Positions 1 to 13,636 of a stretch of 64,000 nt of DNA are shown in pieces. How positions within the stretch are numbered: the first letter of the stretch is position 1; the number at the start of each line of letters is the position of its first letter. Below the pieces are notes generated by a model that had not been told where the DNA came from, did not search any database, and worked only from the letters and a program-made list of their open reading frames with translations. The position numbers and the translations under genes are program-made. Location: NCBI GenBank assembly GCA_951406725.2, contig OX597817.1, positions 92,256,001 to 92,320,000 of the forward strand. Direction: 5' to 3'. The DNA comes from Octopus vulgaris. Taxonomy: Eukaryota.

Positions 1-991
1 AAATGTTTGGTGTATCAAGAAGTACTGTCTTGAAAGTAATGACAGCTTTTGAGAAAGCGGGAAAAAACCTCCTCATTGAAACAAAACTTTCAGATAGGGT
101 CCATCAGACTCTTACACGAATTATTAGAAAGGATCGCAAAAGTACAGCTCAAAAATTACTGCAGAGCTTCATGATCACCCCGAGAACCCAGTTTCCACAA
201 AAACTGTTTGCCAGGAGCTGCACAAAGCCGGATTTCACGGGAGGGCTGCAATCAGAAAACCACTACTTTCAAAAACAAATGTTGCAAAGTGTTTAGAGTG
301 GAGTAAAAACCTACAGAATTGGTCCCTAGAGCAGTGGAAGAATGTTATTTTTTCAGACCAGTCATTCTTTACCTTATTTCCAACCACCAGCCAAGTATAC
401 ATGTGGAGACAGCCAAAAGAAGCATTTGATCCAGACTGCCTTTTTCCAACTGTTAAAGATGGAGGAGGATTTCTGATGATCTAGGGGTGGGGGCTTTATC
501 TTGGAAATCCGCTGGCCCAATGGTTTCCCTTCATGGCAGAATTAATAGTCAAGACTATTTAACCATTTTATCTGATCAAATTCATCCTATAGTTGTGGAA
601 GTGTTTCCGGAAGGAAACACAATCTTTCAAGATGATAATGCACCAATTGACACAGCTAAATTTGTTACTGAATGGCATGTGGAACATTCTAGTGAAGTTG
701 AATATCTTACCTGGCCACCACAGTCCCCAGATTTCAATATTATTGAATATTTATGGTGCATTTTAGAGAAACAAGTAAGGAGCCGATATTCTCCACCATC
801 ATTACTACAAGAACTGGAGACTGTTTTAGCAGAAGAATGGACAAAAATTCTTTTGGAAACAATTCGAACTTTGTACGAGTCCATACCTCGTAGAATTCAA
901 GCTGTAATTATTGCCAAAGACGGTCATACCCCATATTGAAATAAATTTGTTTGAAATCTTAAGGTGTTTCTGTTATTTTGTCCAACCCCTG
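1..991 (+). mobile_element. Tc1-family DNA transposon, decayed, left end outside window
   Basis: ORFs 3..296 (HTH region) and 487..939 (FQDDNAP...WPPQSPDFNIIE); FSDQS near 351-365; right TIR ...TTATTTTGTCCAACCCCTG followed by TA at 992-993. Frameshifts and stops present. Confidence 0.9.
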
Positions 992-1829
992 TATGTTGGA
1001 GATACAACACTTTATGGCTCAACTCAGTCTTTCACCATAACTGAGGCCTTTGGTTCTCTCCCCACTTATGTTTTGTATTTTCTCCTCTGTGAACACTAAC
1101 ATGTAGATATCCATTCTTAGCTTTAGCCACTAACTTTACATGTTCGAACTAAATATCAACTTCACTTCTTGAATTTCTTATATTAGCATAATCTAAATGA
1201 TAATAATAATAATTTAATCCAACTTCGCAAGGAGGTCACTCATACACATCCATCATGTTTGTTAGTCGCTAAACATGACAGAGGTGTACAAGCAAGTTAC
1301 TTGCAAAGTTGAATTAAATCTGTGATCATTGGCAAACAAGATTTAAGAAGCAGCAAAAATATGAAAGGAAATTGGTCCCTAATGTAAATCAGATCAGGAT
1401 ACCAAAATATTTCTCTCGTATATGAAATACAGGTGTTGTTTGGCATGTTGTCACAGAAAAACAAATGTGTGATAATATAAACAACATACGGTGATGCAAC
1501 TTGCCTATACATGAATTGAAGCAATATGTGAGAATGCGGTGTCGCTACAAAAAAAATCACTGTAAGTACAAATAATAATCGTATATGCAATCCCATCTCT
1601 ACACAAATACACATAAATGTAATGTTTTTATAATTCAAACATACACCCATACATCTCGTACATGAACAAGAAAATGTAGAGCATACAGTGTTTAAACAAA
1701 TTATGAGACATAATAATAACAATAAATATAAAATGTAACGCATCTCATTTTAAATAGAGAAAAAACCTCAGATATTCTTGGAAACAAAATTTCAAAAACA
1801 AATAAAGGCTAATTTCTATCTATGAGCTC

Positions 1830-2130
1830 GAGGTGCTTAAGATACAAAAACAAAAATAGCATACAACAAGAGATGTTAATTGGCAGAAAAGTTACCTTGA
1901 AATGACTAGTAAAGGAACTAAAAATTAGTTGGGAATGATCCCTGGATTACCACTCATGCAAGGAGCGCAAAAGATAGTATTAAGTGTTAACTGCAAACGT
2001 AAACAGACTGTATATGAAAAAAGAGAATGGTGGCAGAGGACTAATTAGTATAGACCATCGTATAAGGAGTGAAAGGAGAACGCTTGCTGAGTATTTGATA
2101 AATAGTGATGAAGATCTGCTGCACTATAAC
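1830..2130 (+). pseudogene. Dong/R4-clade non-LTR retrotransposon fragment (post-RT region)
   Basis: ANVNRLYMKKENGGRGLISI matches the R4/Dong DRLYxxRxxGGRGL motif. Confidence 0.7.
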
Positions 2131-2320
2131 AGGCCCCATATTATTATTGATATTTTTAAATGCTATAGGTTAGACAATGGTGATAATAATCACTGTGGTT
2201 ATGGAGGTGACTCAATGAAAGCACGTTATTTTTATATATATATGTGTATGTACATACATGTGCACATGTATATACAAATAAAGAGAGGAAGAGAGAGGTG
2301 AGATCTCAATAACAACTCTC

Positions 2321-2745
2321 GTGGGAACCCCACAAACGATTCATGAAATCATGTCACAACACAACAATGAAAGTGACGAGAATGGAGCTATAGTCGATCT
2401 TGGTGAAACTTTTCCGCCCAATACATCCGAAACCACCCACATCAGGGGCAGTGACCTGGCCTCAGATGGTCAGTATGTCACATACAGTGTGTGCAAAAAC
2501 AGACATAAGTGGACAAAGGAAGAGTACGATACACTTATTGAATGTCATGAAAGAGCAAAGCTGGAAAGAAGTTGCGGAGTAGACCAACGTACCTTAAAAT
2601 TTTGGATGGAAAAGGACATGTGTCCAATGTCAGAAAATAACCTAATGAACCAAGTGAGAATGATAAGGAGAAAGGGTTACTTAACTGGAGTAGAAATATC
2701 TTGGATTAGTGAGAGTCTGAGACCCTGTGGTTGGGCTACAAAGGA
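2321..2745 (+). pseudogene. Dong/R4-clade retrotransposon N-terminal (Myb-like) fragment
   Basis: RHKWTKEEYDTLIECH...W.EK...SENNLMNQVRMIRRKGYLT resembles the R4/Dong ORF N-terminus. Confidence 0.65.
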
Positions 2746-2759
2746 TGGTCAGAGTTGAA

Positions 2760-5340
2760 AACAGAGAGAAGAGTAGACAGGAGAAACAGGGAAATGGTGA
2801 TGGGACTGTTAAGGATGAGGAACAGTGAACCCTGATACTGTGGTGGCTGGAGATGCAGGGGAAATGAACCTTTAGAGTTTATCTTGAGCTGGTAGCACTG
2901 CCACGCCAAAGACATTTGGAAATTATCTGTAGTAGTCCCCAACCGGAAAGTCCTCCGAAATAGACTTACCAGTTTGTCTTCGTTGATGCCTAGGGTTTCC
3001 CCAAGGATGTCATCACACTTACCCCACTACTAATCCTCTGTATATAGCTAAAGTGGAACATCCACTGACCCTGTTGTCCAAATTGTAAAAAAACAGTGAG
3101 TTCCTGATGACATCCTATGTTCCCGGCGCCCAGTCTCGGTCTATCCATTACTTATCCAAAGAGATGAGTTGTGGAAAGGCGTGTCTCACATTTGGAGCCT
3201 ATACACGTTCACCTTCTAGAAATTGTTGCAGGTGGTGCAACCTGAATGCATGTCTGTGCATCAAAAGCCATGGCATGCCTAAGCCACCATGCAGAGGGAG
3301 TTGGCTGCAGAATGACTACCTGACCATTAGAACATGTCCCTTCCACAAGAAAATAATCAGGATGTGCTCCAACCTAATCAAACAGTAGCTGGGGCAAGGC
3401 ACAACGATCAGATGATAAATAATGACAGAAGCAATGTAGGCATTCTCCACCTCAGCACAACTATTCAGGGACAACATCTCTGCCCATTTCTAGGTAAGAC
3501 AGGCAACCCTGTTCATAGCCTCATCCTGGAGGTTGGGACCAAACCATACCCTAAGCAGTTTAACTGGTCTGTCAGCCCAGCTTCTGACACTGTTGTCCAG
3601 CGGCATCGATCTGTGTCTCCAGGTGCCAAGTCACAGTTCCACAGGATGTGGATACCTTGTAGTCCTTGAAAATGGATGATAGAGCATATTTTCCAGAGAT
3701 CCTTGTTTCACTAATGGCAGTCACATCTAAATCAAGTGACTTGAGATCATTGAGCAAGTGACCTTGCTTCCAAACTGATTCCAAGTCATGCACATTCACA
3801 CACCCCATTCTCAGCACAGTCATGCTAGTTGGAGAAAGAAAATGAGTAAGTCACTTGCCTTGATTTTTGAGAAGCCCAGAAGTTCCAGGCTTCTCTATTA
3901 TCAACTGATTTTTTTAAAATCCCCACACTACATTGGAATTTTTCTCTTATTGTTTTATAAGTGTCTGATGACATTTTAATTAATAGTCTGTCCCTTGAGG
4001 TTTTGAGGATGAAATCTTCAAATTACTTTCCCTCTGTCTCTATTTTGTTTTTGCTTTGACTTTAAAAAATCCATCAATTCAAAGTTGCACTTGTTCACAA
4101 CAGTGAAATTGATGGATACATTACGTCTATAGTTTCATGAATATTCTTGTTTTTGAAGTTTTGTAATTGGTTGTTTCTGAGTTTCTGTGATTTCATGCCG
4201 TTGTTGATGATGTTGCTGTTTTTCAAGTTTTTGTTGTTTGGGTTGTGAATTGTGTTGCAGTTGTGGTTTTTGTATATTTTTTTGTTGAGTTATTGGAGTA
4301 GGGCTATGCATTCTCCTCCTCCTTTCTCCTACCCACTTTTGTCACTCATTGTTCATTCAGCTCTTCTTTCTTCATGTCATTGCAGTTGATGTTGGTTTGG
4401 GAGGTAGAGCGTTCAGGAGAAGCTTGCTTTTCCATGGCAACTGGGGGTAGACTCCTTCTTTGTCTTTGTTTGGGAGTGGATGTAGGTGTAGGAGTCTTGA
4501 GCCCTTCTTCATGATTTTGTATTTGTGGTGTTTGTGGTGTTGGCTGTAGTGTGAGTTTAGTTTTTCTTGTTTTAGGCCAGAAAGCCTTTAAGTGAGTCAC
4601 TGATCCACATATGTGGCATCTTTGACCCTCCGCTGACACTGACAGGTGAATACCATCCAGGAGATCAATTAAATCAGGCAGCTGTTTGATATGGTCTTGC
4701 TTACATTGTAAGGTCAGTTCCATGCCTATTCCTGACCAGTTTTGCTTAGGTATTTTCTTGATCTCCAATATTGTCACTTCATCTTCTTCTAAACCTGCCA
4801 TGATAGCCACCACTGACCAGATGATGGATATTTCTGGCAGCATGTTCAACACCCTAACCTTAGCAAGGCATTGGCTGCATTAGCAGGGGATTAAGTTTTC
4901 ATTCCTCAAAGTGGTCGTGGAATGCTACCTGGCTTCTTCTTCTGATCCAAACTGCAGTTGATGTTGGTTTGGGAGGTAGAGTGTTCTGGAGAAGCTTGCT
5001 TTTCCATGGCAACTGGGGGTAGACTCCTTTTCTGTCTTGGTTTAGGAGTAGGTGTAGGAGTCTTCTTTCCTCAGGTGATGTGAGTTGTCTGTTCCCACAC
5101 GTACCCTAGGCATTTTTGTATTTCGCTCTCAGGAGCATTTTCTACCTGGCATGATTTAACTCCTATACTGCGGTAGGTCATGCTACGTCTTTGTTCTCAT
5201 TCTTCTCTGACAAGAAATGTCTCCCGTTGTTGAGCATTATGATGGCTTCTTTATCATTTATTTAAATGAATTACGAAAATAGCAAACTATTAGCTTTTCC
5301 GCAGGTTGTTAAGATTAAAAAAATATTAATGCATACCCAC
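2760..5340 (-). mobile_element. L1/Tx1-like LINE remnant: ORF1 with zinc knuckle plus start of ORF2 AP endonuclease
   Basis: 4346..4852 RCHICGSVTHLKAFWP (degenerate CCHC); 3572..3823 LRMGCVNVH...LDVTAISETR (APE N-terminus); homologous to 28140-30395. Confidence 0.75.
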
Positions 5341-5500
5341 TGCAAAACAGGGGTTGTTTCTAAACAAAAATATTATCAATGCAGTCCAGACAGTCTTAGA
5401 AAGACAATGGTACCAATAAAATGAAAACACAGGACCTTAGAATGCCATAAAGATTACAAACACTATTTCAAATTTCCATGACTTTACAGTACGGCAAACA

Positions 5501-5561
5501 TAATAATAATAATAATAATAATAATAATAGTAATAGTAATAATAATAATAATAATAATAAT
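5501..5561. repeat. (TAA)n microsatellite
   Basis: direct reading. Confidence 0.95.
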
Positions 5562-5589
5562 GAAGAAGAAGAATCACTATTGTACTAAA

Positions 5590-6395
5590 CTAGGCTAAAA
5601 GTAGGACTACAGAATGCCATTCTAAAACAAATGCAAGAATAGCCCCTACGTAATCAATACCTTGACTAAACTGAGTAAAGTGCAAATAAGACAAAGAAAA
5701 ATCACAGGCTGAGAAATACAGAACTGAAAGTTGAGACTAAAGAAGTCTTGACTGTGGCACAGAATCAAAGCCTTCCCACTAGAAATCACCAAAAACATAT
5801 AATAAAGAGGAATATATTAAGTATCTGCAGGATTATCCACATTGTGTCTGGTTGCTCAGTTTCAGTTAAAAGAGAATACATCTTGAGTCATTATGAAATA
5901 CAATAAGGAGATGGTATAAACACATGCAAAAGGGTCGCTGAGAATGATCATTCTGATCCACACAGTTAGGGAGATCAATGCTAATCTACTATTAGAAAAG
6001 AAAGTACCTCATAAATGACATATCAGTTTCAGCAGACTTAATATATCTCTCAGTAAAATGAAGAAATTATCCTGATATAGACTGGGAATAAAATAGCCTA
6101 AATGTAGGAAGACAGATCAATCCCTATAATAGTGGATGCCTTGGGAATGATTAAAAACGTACAAACACATGGCCAAACCACAAAACTTACAAATATAATC
6201 ATCAAAAAAAGAACATTATCAGCTTCTGCACATAGATTATAGTATAGAAAGTGTTAACACAAAATAACATGTAAAAAACTGAAACAAAACACTGCACACT
6301 CTCAAGGCCTTCAGAGCTGTGCTTGGTTGTGTAGTGAAAGCATGTAATGAAAAATAAAATTACTAAATAATAATAATTATAATAATAATAATATT
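5590..6395 (+). mobile_element. Dong/R4 retrotransposon 3' remnant (RLE region) between (TAA)n tracts
   Basis: Degenerate AQNQSLPTRNHQKHIIK, HIVSGCSV..KREYI, IPIIVDALGMIK; ends in TAA repeats near 6370-6392. Confidence 0.65.
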
Positions 6396-6779
6396 TGATT
6401 TTAGTCCAGCTAATTTGGGTGAACAATGCCTAGACATTGCTATAATTACCTAGAGGCCAAAATTTTTGAAGTTAAAATTCAGGCATTGACATCAATTGTT
6501 TTGTAAAAGTGCTTTTGTTCCACCTCACTAATTATGACTGCAGCTTTCTGGTGAAACCAGATTTTGTTCAATCATCTGATATTGATCTGGTGTTGTTCAA
6601 ATAGACTTAGACTTCTCTCACTGTATTCCTGCACAGCTAGCAATTCAGTCAAGTGTAAACTCTGTTGTATACTTTCAAGTGGTAGAAAAAGAAAAAAGTG
6701 ACAGTTTTCAATAGAATTAAGTGAGAATCAAAAGTAAGTGGACATAAACTAAATATTTAACCCTTTTCTAACTATGTAA

Positions 6780-6965
6780 AGTTGTGTAGTTTATTGGTTA
6801 AGCACACAGTTGTTTAGGCCATCAATTTGATTCTTGGACTAGGCAGCCTGTTGCATTCTTGAGCAAGGCAATTCATTTTATCTTACTCCAGTCCATCCTA
6901 CTAAAAATGAAAACTGGCAGCACCTAGGAGTTAACCTTGTGACAAACAGGCATCTCATTCAGATT
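6780..6965 (+). mobile_element. old tRNA-derived SINE (V-SINE-like)
   Basis: decayed A/B-box head, TTCTTGAGCAAGGCA, and AACCTTGTGACAAACAGGCATCTCATTCAG resembling the V-domain motif. Confidence 0.4.
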
Positions 6966-7509
6966 GTGTGTAATATTTTTAAGGTAAGTGTTGAAAAACA
7001 CTATAAGTGTTTCAATTAGTTCTAAAAAATAATTAAGAATTTGGAGAAATTTAGTAAAATAACTTTTTCATTTATTGGTTAACATCATTGGTCAATATTT
7101 TGTCAGCCCTAAATAAGCTTTGCTCTGGCCTTGTTGTTCTTATCTCAATCATTGCATTTCTAAGGGTACATTATCCAGTGTCCCTCCTTTTCAGGATGTT
7201 GTTGTGTAATTTGATGGAGATTTGGTTCCTATTTCTAGTGAGTCAGGTGACCATGAAGATACTCTCTTGTTGATTCATCATTGGTTTTTGGTAATATCAT
7301 TTAATAGTAACCTCTTACATAGCTTATAATGAAGGAATTTTAAGTTAAATATAAACACTTTTAAAGCACGCTGTTTTGTATTATAGGACTGAACTAGTAT
7401 GTAAAAGGTTTATAAAAATGAAAAATATTCAGATCATTTTCCAAGCAAGAATGCAGTTAACGTAGAATTTTATATTTTTAGAGATATTTCTGATAATGTT
7501 TTCACTAAA

Positions 7510-7720
7510 CAGAGTGGTGAATGGCAATAATGGGAGAGCGCCCAATTTAATTCATTATGGTATGTAGCTACACTCCTTTATACATTCTCAGTGTAAATCC
7601 TGCTGAAGTTGACTTGGCCTTACAATCTTCTGGGATTGATAAGACATTAAATGGGTTGATAATTTGATAAACTAATATTCCTCACTAAAATGTGTGACCA
7701 TTGGCCAATATTAGAAATCA
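7510..7720 (+). mobile_element. old Meta-SINE-like element
   Basis: GAAGTTGACTTGGCCTTACAATCTTCTGGGATTGATAA resembles the GTCGACT..GCCTTTCATCCTT..GGGGTCGATAAA central domain. Confidence 0.4.
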
Positions 7721-8449
7721 ATATTTTGATATATCTTAAATTTCACAAAGGAGATAACACAGGACAAAATATTGATGATTTCTCTCTCCCTCCTTCTCTT
7801 TCTCGCTCCTTCCTCTTTCTCTCTCTTTCCATTCCATTCCCTACCTCTATTTTTACATCTTAAATGTATACTTTTTCATAATCTCTTTCCTGTAATGAAT
7901 TCTAACAAAACCAATGTACCCTACCCACCTCAGTCAACAGTTTCTAACCTCACTAATGTTTATGAATTGATGGAAGTGCCAGGGATCAGTTTTTAAAACC
8001 CCTGTTGCCAAGATTTCTAAATTGGAATATTCTATATGTAGGAAATTGAGATACTCAAGTGAATACCTAGTTGTAGTAATTTCTGAAATATCTCCTATTT
8101 CACACCCAAATCTTCATTTCCTGTTTATACCCTTTCCAGTGTAAGAGCTAGTATCAAGATAATTATATATCCCTGAAAAAGGATGAACATTATTTAAAAT
8201 GATACCTAAGTAATCAAATGTAATGTTCAAAATCAAATCTAAAGGGCTTCTTTTTAATTTGTGTGTGTGTGCTTTCATTTTTTTTCTTTTTATCAAGATG
8301 GTGGTGACAAACAGGGTGTGTAGGGGACAATTTATTCTTTTAACACCATTGATGTAGCCTTGTTTCAATACAGTGAAGATAAGAGCTTCTCCACTTCCTT
8401 AAAACTGCCACCTATCATTATTTATACATGTAGAGACACATATGCATTC

Positions 8450-8528
8450 ATTTTCCTGAGCGCCTAATAATAATAATACTGTAATTGTTCCACGTGTTGT
8501 TGTTTTTTCTGTTTTCCCGTTTGGATTA

Positions 8529-8533
<5 letters not shown>
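8450..8533 (+). repeat. terminal fragment of a Penelope pLTR-like family abutting (TA)n
   Basis: near-identical to 57906-57991; reverse complement begins at 63957. Confidence 0.8.
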
Positions 8534-8560
<27 letters not shown>

Positions 8561-9156
8561 GGCACACACACATGTTCTATTTTATATAAGCAAGTATGTG
8601 TGTTGTATATTATTTATGTTCTTTCTTCATTCATTTCTATAATGCAATATAACATGACATACAATGAATTTTGGAACAGTTTTTTTTTTATCCACCCACT
8701 TCTCTGCTACTGATACCACTCCCTATTCCTCTTCCTTATATCCAACATCTTGTCTACTGCTAACATCCTAGCTAGCTCCTATCATATATCCACTATTTCA
8801 TTAATAGCAACCATTTCTACATCCTCCTCCAATCACTCATTCTGCCACTCCTACAGGATGACTTTTTGATTCCTCTATCTCTGTTACATTGGTCACTGCC
8901 CCTATGAATTTCTTAATGTGGGGTTAGGTGTCAGTCCTTTCTATGGTGTCTCATGTTCAGAGAACTTTTACTAAACACCTTATATCCAGTTCATTATTCA
9001 CAGTCTTACATCCTTCTCTCTATTTTCTCTCATTAACTTTCTCTCTCATTAACTTTCAAAATACAAAGCCAATAATTACTCTCATGCAATTAATTATCCC
9101 TATCCCCAATTTCTTGGGATTAGTTCCTTCTCAAAGTGACAATGAATCTTCTATAT

Positions 9157-9385
9157 CAGTGGTTCTCAACAGGGGTTCATATAAGATTTTGTTAAAATTT
9201 GTTAAGCAATAAATTCCTTGTTCTTCTACAATAGACAAAATATTAAAACTTTTTTTCATACAATTCCAAATAATATGTAATCATAAAAATATAGTAGGAT
9301 TTTTAAACATTGAATGGCTATGAGCGTCCACCTGAGGAAAACAGAAATCAAAGGTGTCCATTAGAAAAAAATGATTGAGAACCAG
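9157..9385. mobile_element. hAT (Charlie/MER5-like) MITE
   Basis: TIRs CAGTGGTTCTCAAC / ATTGAGAACCAG; 8-bp TSD TTCTATAT / TTCTGTAT. Confidence 0.7.
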
Positions 9386-9481
9386 TTCTGTATGATCTTT
9401 TAATCCACTGGAAATAGTGACCAAAATCTTTCAAGTCACACACTAAAGAAAGCATTCAGTAGATAATTTTATCCTTATGTA

Positions 9482-10747
9482 CGAGGGGCGTTCAATAAGT
9501 AATGCCCCTGACCCACTTCCCATAGCAGTAGAGCAACGAAACTTGGCACAGTTATTAGTCTTTTTCTACATAGGAACCACCCAGAGTTACGCATTTCTCT
9601 CATTGTTTGATGCAGCTCTGGAGACCGTTTTTGTAGAAGACCCCAGCTTGGTCCTCCAACCTGAACGTGACTTCAGAAATCAAGGCTGCATCATCTGGGA
9701 AACGCTTTCCTTTCAAAAAGAACTTCATGACTGGGAAGAGGTGAAAATCAGAGGGTGCAAGGTCAGGAAAGTAGGGGGATGGGGGAAGAGTTCATAGCCA
9801 TACGCCTGTGCTTCTGATCTGGCGACAAGCGAGTTGTGGACCGGAGCGTTGTCCTGCAGGAGGAGGATGCCTTTGCTGTTCTTGCCCCGCCTCTTGATTT
9901 TGATAACTTCTCTTAATTCTCAAAAGTGAAGCATAATAGGCTCCTGCAATTGTGGTACCCTTTGCCAGGAAATCTGTCATCACTACTCCGTCCTGGTCCC
10001 AGAAGACTGTGAGCATGACCTTGCCTTCTTTGGAGGGGGTGAGTCACGGTGCTTCCACTGCATTGACTGGGCTTTGGTCTCTGGATCATCGTGATGGACC
10101 CAGGTTTCATCCTGTGTAATCAGTCTTTTGAAAAATTTTGACTCATCTTCTTGGCACATCTCCAAATTCACCCTCGAGCACTCGATGCGTTCTTGCTTCT
10201 GGAAAGGCGTGAGCAACCTGGGAATCCATCTGGCAGACACCTTTTGCATATGCAAATGGTCATGAATGATAGTTTCCACAGACCCGGTACTAATCTTGAC
10301 CTCATGGGCTATTTGGCGAATAATTATGCGTCGATCTTCCAAAATGGCATCCTCAACTTGACGGACAGATGCCTCATCAATGGCAGAAGGGGCGACCAGA
10401 TCTAGGAGCTATTTCCACAGAGTTCCGACCATGTTTGAATTCACGATGCCAGTGTTTTACAAGGTCATATGATGGGGCATCATCACCATAAGTTACTTTC
10501 ATTTCATCAAAAGTCTCCCATGGTGTGCGTCCTTTCAAATACAAAAACCGGATCACTGCTCGACACTCAACAGGCTCCATTTCACACTTGACTCGGTTCA
10601 AATACCTGTAAATCAGAAACCACAATTAATTCAGAGCTGTAATTTGCCACTTACTTTATAGAGATATAAATGATTGCACATGCAAAATTTCAGCTAGATC
10701 AAACAACTGCAAGTGGGTCAGAGGCATTACTTATTGAACGTCCCTCG
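9482..10747 (-). mobile_element. full-length mariner transposon with frameshifted transposase
   Basis: 37-bp TIRs CGAGGGGCGTTCAATAAGTAATGCCCCTGACCCACTT (2 mismatches), TA TSDs; ORF pieces with WIPRLLT, ITQDETWVH, TVFWDQDGV. Confidence 0.95.
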
Positions 10748-12477
10748 TATGACTTAGGGGTTGGTGGGGAAGGATTGTCAACTGGAATGCGTTTGATCAT
10801 AGGCCTTCTAATGTTTAAAATACACAAATTCTATATTTAAATTTGAAATCTCTCCATTCATATGTATGCATGTGATGGATTTAGTCATATTGTCTTCCTA
10901 TTTTCTCCAGTCAAATAACTGAAATTGTTTTGATAGTTTGCAAGATTGTATTTAACTTCTTTTCTTATCAAAGATAATAAACTTAATATTTTCATAACTT
11001 AGATTATTAGGGTGTTGGTTGTAATATTCTAAATTTTGAGAAAAATAAATTAGATATTTTTTTCTGAAACTATTGTGTTAGTCTCTCATTTATAACAATA
11101 ACAAATATTTGTGTTTCATACTTATTTTATAGATAATTTGTATTTTTTTCAAAGAAATATATAATGTTTGCAAAATTTTTGATTGAAATATTTGAAATCA
11201 TCACTACCACTACCATCTTCACTTTATAAAATATCTTCCTTTCCATGCAAGCATGGGGTAGGAAAATTTGTAGATTATTAAATGTTTCTAGTATGTTATG
11301 GCCACCTGCTGAACCTAACTTTCCAAAATCTTTTTTGCTCCATCTCTACTTGAACTATGCTGTACTCGCAACTTGTGATACTTTGTCCACTGCTTTTTAT
11401 ATCATTGGAGTACTTGATGCAATAAATTCCATGGAAATTAATGATCTGCATTTGGCAAATATTAAGTACAGAGTTCACAAAATAGGAGAATAGCTTAGTT
11501 TACAGTTTAGAGGATGAAAGATGTGATGCTTCAAGCAGAACCTGTCATAAGAAAAAGGACATTACTGAATAAGGGCTCTGTCTGAAACATCAGATTTCCA
11601 CTTTGCATTCAGTCAGTGCTGTAATATTACAATGTTGATCCAGCAACTTTTATTATTTAATTTTATGAAGATTCTTTACTTTCATGACTACTTTCAAAAG
11701 CATTGCATTTGACAGTCGCCTGAATGCTAAAGGTTAAGGAGAAAGAGAGAGTGATGGTTGAGGGAGAGAGAGATAGTGTGTGTGTTATCCCAAAGCCAGA
11801 CAGTGAATTCTTTCTTTCTATTTTACATAGCATCCACATTTTAAGTGATTTATCATAATACATCTGGTTCCTATTCCTGCAAAGGCAACCTCACTATGGT
11901 ATCTTTTCACATGTGGTTGCTACAGACTTGTGTAATCTTGTGTTTTTTGTTCTTTTTTTTTATTTAGCTTATCTTTTTCTTTCTTTTCCTTTTTATAAGA
12001 TATTGTCCTAGGACTACTTTATATGACTTTGTTTTCTTTTTTGTATTAGAAGGTTTATCCATGTACATCAGAGAGTAGGGAGAGTGATAGAGATGAGGAG
12101 TTGGTTTTTACCTTCTGTTCGATCAAATTCTCACTTTTACAAGGCACTTCAAATCAATTAGTGATCCTGATCAGAAATTAGTATTTTATGCTTGTTTCGC
12201 TCCTCTAATTCTTATATATATTAGTTATCTTATTATATTATTTTATAATATCAATGTATATTATATGAATTATGACTTTGCTTCCTGTTAAGCTGTCTAA
12301 CTTGTATAGATCATCCAGATGATTTCCTCTAATTCACAATGCCCACAACACAGCTGGGAATTTGTGTCTGTATATTTTATAGTAATTAGTTCAGAGACAC
12401 AGATCTTGAGCCAAGACCTTTCATGTGTGGGGTCAAACAAGCCCTCGTCGCGCCAACCGTGTCAGGTTTCACAGTAG

Positions 12478-12765
12478 TTTACTCTTTTACTTGTTTCAGT
12501 CATTTGACTGCAGCCATGCTGGAGCACCGCCTTTAGTCAAGCAAAACGACCCCGGGACTTATTCTTTGTAAGCCCAGTACTTGTTCTATCGGTCTCTTTT
12601 GCCGAACCGTTTAAGTGACGGGGACGTAAACACATCAGCATCGGTTGACAAGCAATGCTAGGGGGGACAAACACACACACACATATATATATATACATAT
12701 ATACGACAGGCTTCTTTCAGTTTCCGTCTACCGAATCCACTCACAAGGCATTGGTCGGCCTGGGA
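12478..12765 (-). mobile_element. tRNA-derived SINE, 5'-truncated
   Basis: reverse complement of the body and tail of the 47038-47442 SINE. Confidence 0.9.
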
Positions 12766-12879
12766 TCTTTCTTTATCTATATGTGTGTGTGTCTATGTAT
12801 GTATGTATGTATATATACGTACGTATATATGTAAAGTGCAATCCCGTGGTCATTCGTGACCGAAGGGGGTCTCCAGTAT

Positions 12880-12910
<31 letters not shown>

Positions 12911-13069
12911 GGGTGCAGGAGTGGCTGTGTGGTTAGTAGCTTGCTTACCAACCACATGGTTCTGGCCTCATTCCCACTGTGTGGCACCATGGGCTAGTGT
13001 CTTCTACTATAGCCTCGGGCCTACCAAAGCCTTGTGAGTGGATTTGGTAGACGGAAACTGAAAGAAGCC

Positions 13070-13125
<56 letters not shown>

Positions 13126-13266
13126 ATGTTTGTGTGTCTGTTTGTCCCCCAACTTTGCTTGACAACCAATGGTGGTGTGTTTACGGCCCCGAAACTTAGC
13201 GGTTCAGCAAAAGAGACCAATAGAATAAGTACTAGGCTTACAAAGAATAAGTCCTGGGGTCGATTT
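12911..13266 (+). mobile_element. tRNA-derived SINE, 3'-truncated
   Basis: A box TGGCTGTGTGG head, internal (TA)n(TG)n, homologous to 47038-47442. Confidence 0.9.
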
Positions 13267-13471
13267 AGTAGCCTGCGCTCTTAACCACTATGCTATATGC
13301 CTGTGGGCAATTATGGAGTGAATTTTAGGGCTTATAAATCTAACATTCTCCTATCCTTCTTTAATACCGGTTCCCATATGCTGTTCATATCTGCACTCTG
13401 TCTGCTTAGGAGGTTGTTGGGGCCTAGCATATGTGCTGTTTCTTTTAGTTTTCGTATTTTCCAGTGGTTTA
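13265..13471 (-). mobile_element. Penelope-like GIY-YIG C-terminal fragment followed by a tRNA-like 5' half
   Basis: [15 protein letters not shown]...[16 protein letters not shown]; then GGCATATAGCATAGTGGTTAAGAGCGCAGGCTACTAA. Confidence 0.55.
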
Positions 13472-13590
13472 CATATATACATACATATATGTATATATGT
13501 ATGTATATATAAGAATATGTGTATATATGTGTGTACATGTATGTATATATTTGTATTTATGTGTATATATATATATATATATATATGTGC

Positions 13591-13636
<46 letters not shown>

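Noticed and set aside
1297-1743. 148-aa hydrophobic ORF as a membrane protein
   Set aside because: No recognisable motif; typical chance ORF on the T-rich strand of decayed repeat DNA.
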